Of a stretch of 64,000 bases of DNA, positions 60,624 through 64,000 are shown one piece after another. The position numbers and the translations under genes were made by a program. The number at the start of each line of letters is the position of its first letter. The stretch's first letter is position 1. The notes beneath the pieces are model-generated. The model was not told the DNA's origin, searched no databases, and worked only from the letters and a program-made list of their open reading frames with translations. The stretch comes from Mobula hypostoma (taxonomy: Eukaryota): the NCBI RefSeq assembly GCF_963921235.1, contig NC_086108.1:76014001-76078000 (forward strand), in the 5' to 3' direction.

Positions 60624-61394
60624 CACTAGACAACAAAGATTTTACTTCCTGAATACTTTTGGGTGCATCTTATGGATTTTGGTCTGCTGCTGATAAAAAT
60701 CACCATGAAATTTCCCTATCACACACCATTAAAAAAAAATTACCTATATTTGTTATTTCAATTCAAAATTCAACTCAGAAAAACTGATGCCAAGATTAAG
60801 GAAAACATTTTTGTTGGCCCAGAGATTAAACGGGTCGTCAATGACAGGCAATTCGAAGAAATTCCAGGGGAACCGGAGAAAATCCGATGGAGGGCATTCA
60901 AGGATGTTGTGGAAAAATTTCTTGGCAACTACAGAGCACCAAACTATGTGAAGCTGGTTGACATGCTTCAAGCATACAAAATCGTGAAATGCAAAATATC
61001 ACTTAAGGTTTATTTTCTGCTTCCCAGTTAGATTTATTCCCTGCAAATCTTGGCGCTGTCAGTGACAAGCAGGTCATTGCAGTCATGGAGAAACGGTTAT
61101 CAGGACAACTGGAATCCATTAATGCTGGCTGATTATTGTAGGACACTTAAGCGAGAAACCTCAGACAATGAGTACAAACGAAAACAATTTTAGCTTAGTT
61201 AAACTATTGCAAAGTGTCAGAACTATTATGCAATTCAACGCATTATATTCAATAAAAGTCAACTTCTTGTTTTTCCAAATTCTTACGTGATACAAGTAGC
61301 CTGAAATTATGTGTTCAGCTTCAAGCGGTCTATTATAAACAAACAAAAAAAAGCTGAGGAAACAACACTTTCTATAAAAAATTGCCGTCCTGTG
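60624..61394 (+). mobile_element. Internally deleted Chapaev3-like (CMC) DNA transposon
   Basis: DAKIKENIFVGPEIK...WRAFKDVVEKFLGNYRAPNY...ISLKVYFL followed by (frameshifted) LDLFPANLGAVSD; termini CACTAGACAACAAA / TTGCCGTCCTGTG. Confidence 0.7.
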
Positions 61395-61479
61395 TAATTT
61401 GCTCAGGGCTCTCTCTGCACGATTGCCCTTATAAGCCCACTCCGCGTTCTCTTCCATAGTTATTCCACAGGAGAGACTC

Positions 61480-61760
61480 CCTCTCACACGGTTAGTTCTT
61501 TCCCCCATTACCTGGGCTCTATCATACAGTCACTCCACGTTACAGACTTTCCTCTCTCCCCCCTCTCATTACCTGTCCTCTTTACTACACGTCTTCTCAC
61601 GCCCTCACTTTCCCGCGCTCCCTCCACGAACGCGAGAACTCCCTCTTTCACCTGCTGGTGTCTCGCGCCCTTTTAAACGGAACGTCCTTCGCGCGCGCCT
61701 TCGTTTGTTCTCGAGGCTCGAGCTCCCTCATGCCTTCGCCCACTCGGCAGCTTTCTTACA
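61480..61760 (-). promoter_or_regulatory. CpG-rich promoter and non-coding first exon of the HORMAD-family gene
   Basis: CpG cluster in AT-rich surroundings; minus-strand donors CAG|GTGAAA (exon end 61652) and CAG|GTAATG (61573, 61512); E2F-type TTTCCCGCG at 61609-61617; TCGCG-CCCT-TTTAAA at 61663-61677. Confidence 0.6.
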
Positions 61761-62224
61761 GAAACCCGGTAGACACAACACACCGCAGATGCTGGAATCT
61801 GAAGCAGATGAGGGGTCTCGAACCAAAGACGTGGACTGTCCATTTCCCTCCCTCCATAAATGTTGCTCGACCCGTTGAGTTGCTCCAGCGTTTGGTGTGA
61901 TGCTCTTCATCGAAACATCTCGGTGTAAGTTTGGTCGCTGCTTTCAAAAGCAGTTTACACAGACACCATGCGGCATTTTTCAGCATTTAATGACAAATAA
62001 TCACTCTATTAGCACCTTCCTGCCTTGAAGCTGAAAATTAATCTTAAAAATATTGAGGATACTGGAAACTTGAAATAAAAACAAATCGCTGTAAACACCC
62101 AAAGGAACAGGCGGCATCCAGTGGAAAAGAAACAGAGTAGAGGTTTCAGGATCATTCATTTGATGAATGGTCTTAAACTGGAAATATTAACTCTTTTCTG
62201 TTTCCACTGACAGGGCCTGAACTG

Positions 62225-62405
62225 TTAGTTTCCCGGAAAAATTAATTCACACTCAAACTACAAGTCCCATAGGGCCATGCAATTTGTACATGCGCAGAAC
62301 GACGAAATGCATCTCCCACAATGCAGCTCGGCCGATACCAGTGTTATGCGGAAAGCGCTGTCGGAAGATTAAAAGAGAAAAACTGTGCTAGTTTTGGGGG
62401 TGAGT
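62225..62405 (+). promoter_or_regulatory. Divergent promoter and probable non-coding first exon of an unidentified plus-strand gene
   Basis: ZNF143-type motifs ACTACAAGTCCCA (62257-62269) and TCCCACAATGCA (62314-62325), NRF1-like CATGCGCA (62289-62296), CGGAA ETS cores, donor GG|GTGAGT at 62400. Confidence 0.55.
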
Positions 62406-62989
62406 AGTAGAATCGTGTGTTTTTGTGCTTATAATAGGAGAGCATCGTCTTTGTAATTATTCATTGATCATGTTTATTACCATTGCAGATGTTAGAATGA
62501 AGTGATCGGGCCTAGGAGTGAAGCCTTGTGTAATGACAGATTCGCGCTAGCTGCCCTGCCTCTGGTATTGATTTGTCCAGCAGGTGGAAGCAGATTTCAA
62601 TTCCAAACTATTGGCTTATGTTGAGAAATTTATCTTTTTTTCGTTGTAATGTGTGCATAATAAGAAAAACTGCCAACGTAATCAGTGAAAATGTATAGGG
62701 TGAAGTGCATGACATTTGAAAACTTACGTGTAATTGAGTTCCACGTGGTTGCTGTTTTGACTATCGCTTTTTGAAACTTTCCCCTATTACAGCCGAATAA
62801 TTAGAACGTGTGAATTGGAAATGGGCCACTCCGTTCCTCACACCTTATTTCACCATTCAGTATGTCGCACTTAATAGGATAAACAATAGATGTTGTTTAT
62901 CCCCTGTGGAAAGATGGTTGCAAATATCTGCTTAATTCAAATTTTATTCCTAGCTTTACAATTTTAAATACTCAAACTCAATTTGTATA

Positions 62990-64000
62990 GCACTAACACT
63001 CCGTTAACTTCTTAAAGCATGTCTTGCAACTGTTTCGTGCCAAACCCCTATTTTAAAAAGCCAAACCTTGATAGTGAAGTACTAGCTAATGCCAGCCTAT
63101 ATCAGATCTCTCCCTTCTTGGGCAAGATTCTTGAGAAAGTCATTTTCAACCAACTCAACTTTCTGAATGAGAACAAAATTCTGGAAAAGTTTCTGTCAGG
63201 TTTTAGAGCAAACCTCGGCATGGAGTTAGTTCCTTACCAAAATTGTCAGTGACAATTTTAGCTTAGCACTGATGCCAACAGGGTCTCAGTTCTAATTTTC
63301 CTAGATCTAAGTCCTTTGACACAATTGACAACAACTGACTAGAACATTCTCCTTGATTGCCTTGAGAACTGGGTTGGCCTTTCTGGTAGTTACCTTGGTT
63401 GGGTTCACTCATATCTCAGAGATAACTTTTGTCTGTTTCGGAGACCATTTTTCTAAGCGGTATAATGTTACGTTTGGTGTCGTTCACGGAAACTGTCTTG
63501 GTTCTCTACTCTTCTTTTGGAGACATCATTAAAGAGCATAAACTTGATATCCACAGACATGCAGATAGCATACAATTGTATATCTCAGCTGAGCCTGATG
63601 ATGATAACACCCTATTCACTCTGACTTCTGATAGAGCGGTAAGAAACAAATAGGTGAGCAGTAATTTTCTCAAACTAAATTAAGATGAAACTGTGAAATG
63701 CTCTTAGTTGGTCCCAAAGAGGAAAAAAGAGATAAACTATTTGATAAACTTGGAAATGGCTTCCCTTGTAAAATCAGAAGTAACAACCCTGGGTGTTGTC
63801 CTTGATTCAGAAATGAGTTTTAAATACCACATAAAGAAGGTAACCAGAGAAGCATTTCTGCTCTTAAGAAATATTGTGAAAGTATATCCTCCGTTACTGT
63901 CACGTGATGATGCTGAAAAACCAATTCACGCCTTGAGTCAGATAGACTAGATTATTGCAATACACTCGTTACTGTCCTTCCAAAGTAATCTATTCACAAA
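62990..64000 (+). mobile_element. Decayed L2 LINE RT region, runs off the window
   Basis: KKPNLDSEVLAN, PFLGKILEKVIFNQL, EKFLSGFRA, HADSIQLY, LGVVLDSEMSF. Confidence 0.8.

Noticed and set aside
1..64000. CRISPR array or prokaryotic defence/RT system
   Set aside because: No regularly spaced repeat-spacer array; the sequence has spliceosomal introns, and all RT ORFs are eukaryotic retroelements

Overview
Eukaryotic, AT-rich and transposon-dense window. The repeat content (CR1 LINEs, HE1/V-type SINE, Neptune-type Penelope elements, Rex1-like LINEs) suggests a cartilaginous fish, probably a ray; this is inference. The one host gene I can reconstruct is a minus-strand meiotic HORMA-domain gene of the HORMAD1/HORMAD2 family, most similar from memory to fish zte38. 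It has 13 in-frame GT-AG coding exons from 53063 down to 17278 (366 codons, including 21- and 27-nt microexons), a tentative 13-nt microexon and terminal exon (12074-12086, 6581-6720), and a CpG-rich promoter at about 61.5-61.75 kb. That promoter appears to be head-to-head with a second, ZNF143-motif promoter at about 62.2-62.4 kb. Almost all long ORFs in the track are retroelement-derived. Intronic elements include young and old CR1 copies (one retaining the esterase ORF1), Rex1-like and L2 LINEs, Penelope-like elements with a minimal hammerhead ribozyme, a decayed Tc1, a palindromic hAT MITE, a Chapaev3-like transposon, two solo LTRs, SINEs, a poly(A) retrocopy with a 20-bp TSD and a perfect 82-bp hairpin. 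All family assignments come from recognising motifs by eye, not from database searches; boundaries of decayed repeats are approximate.
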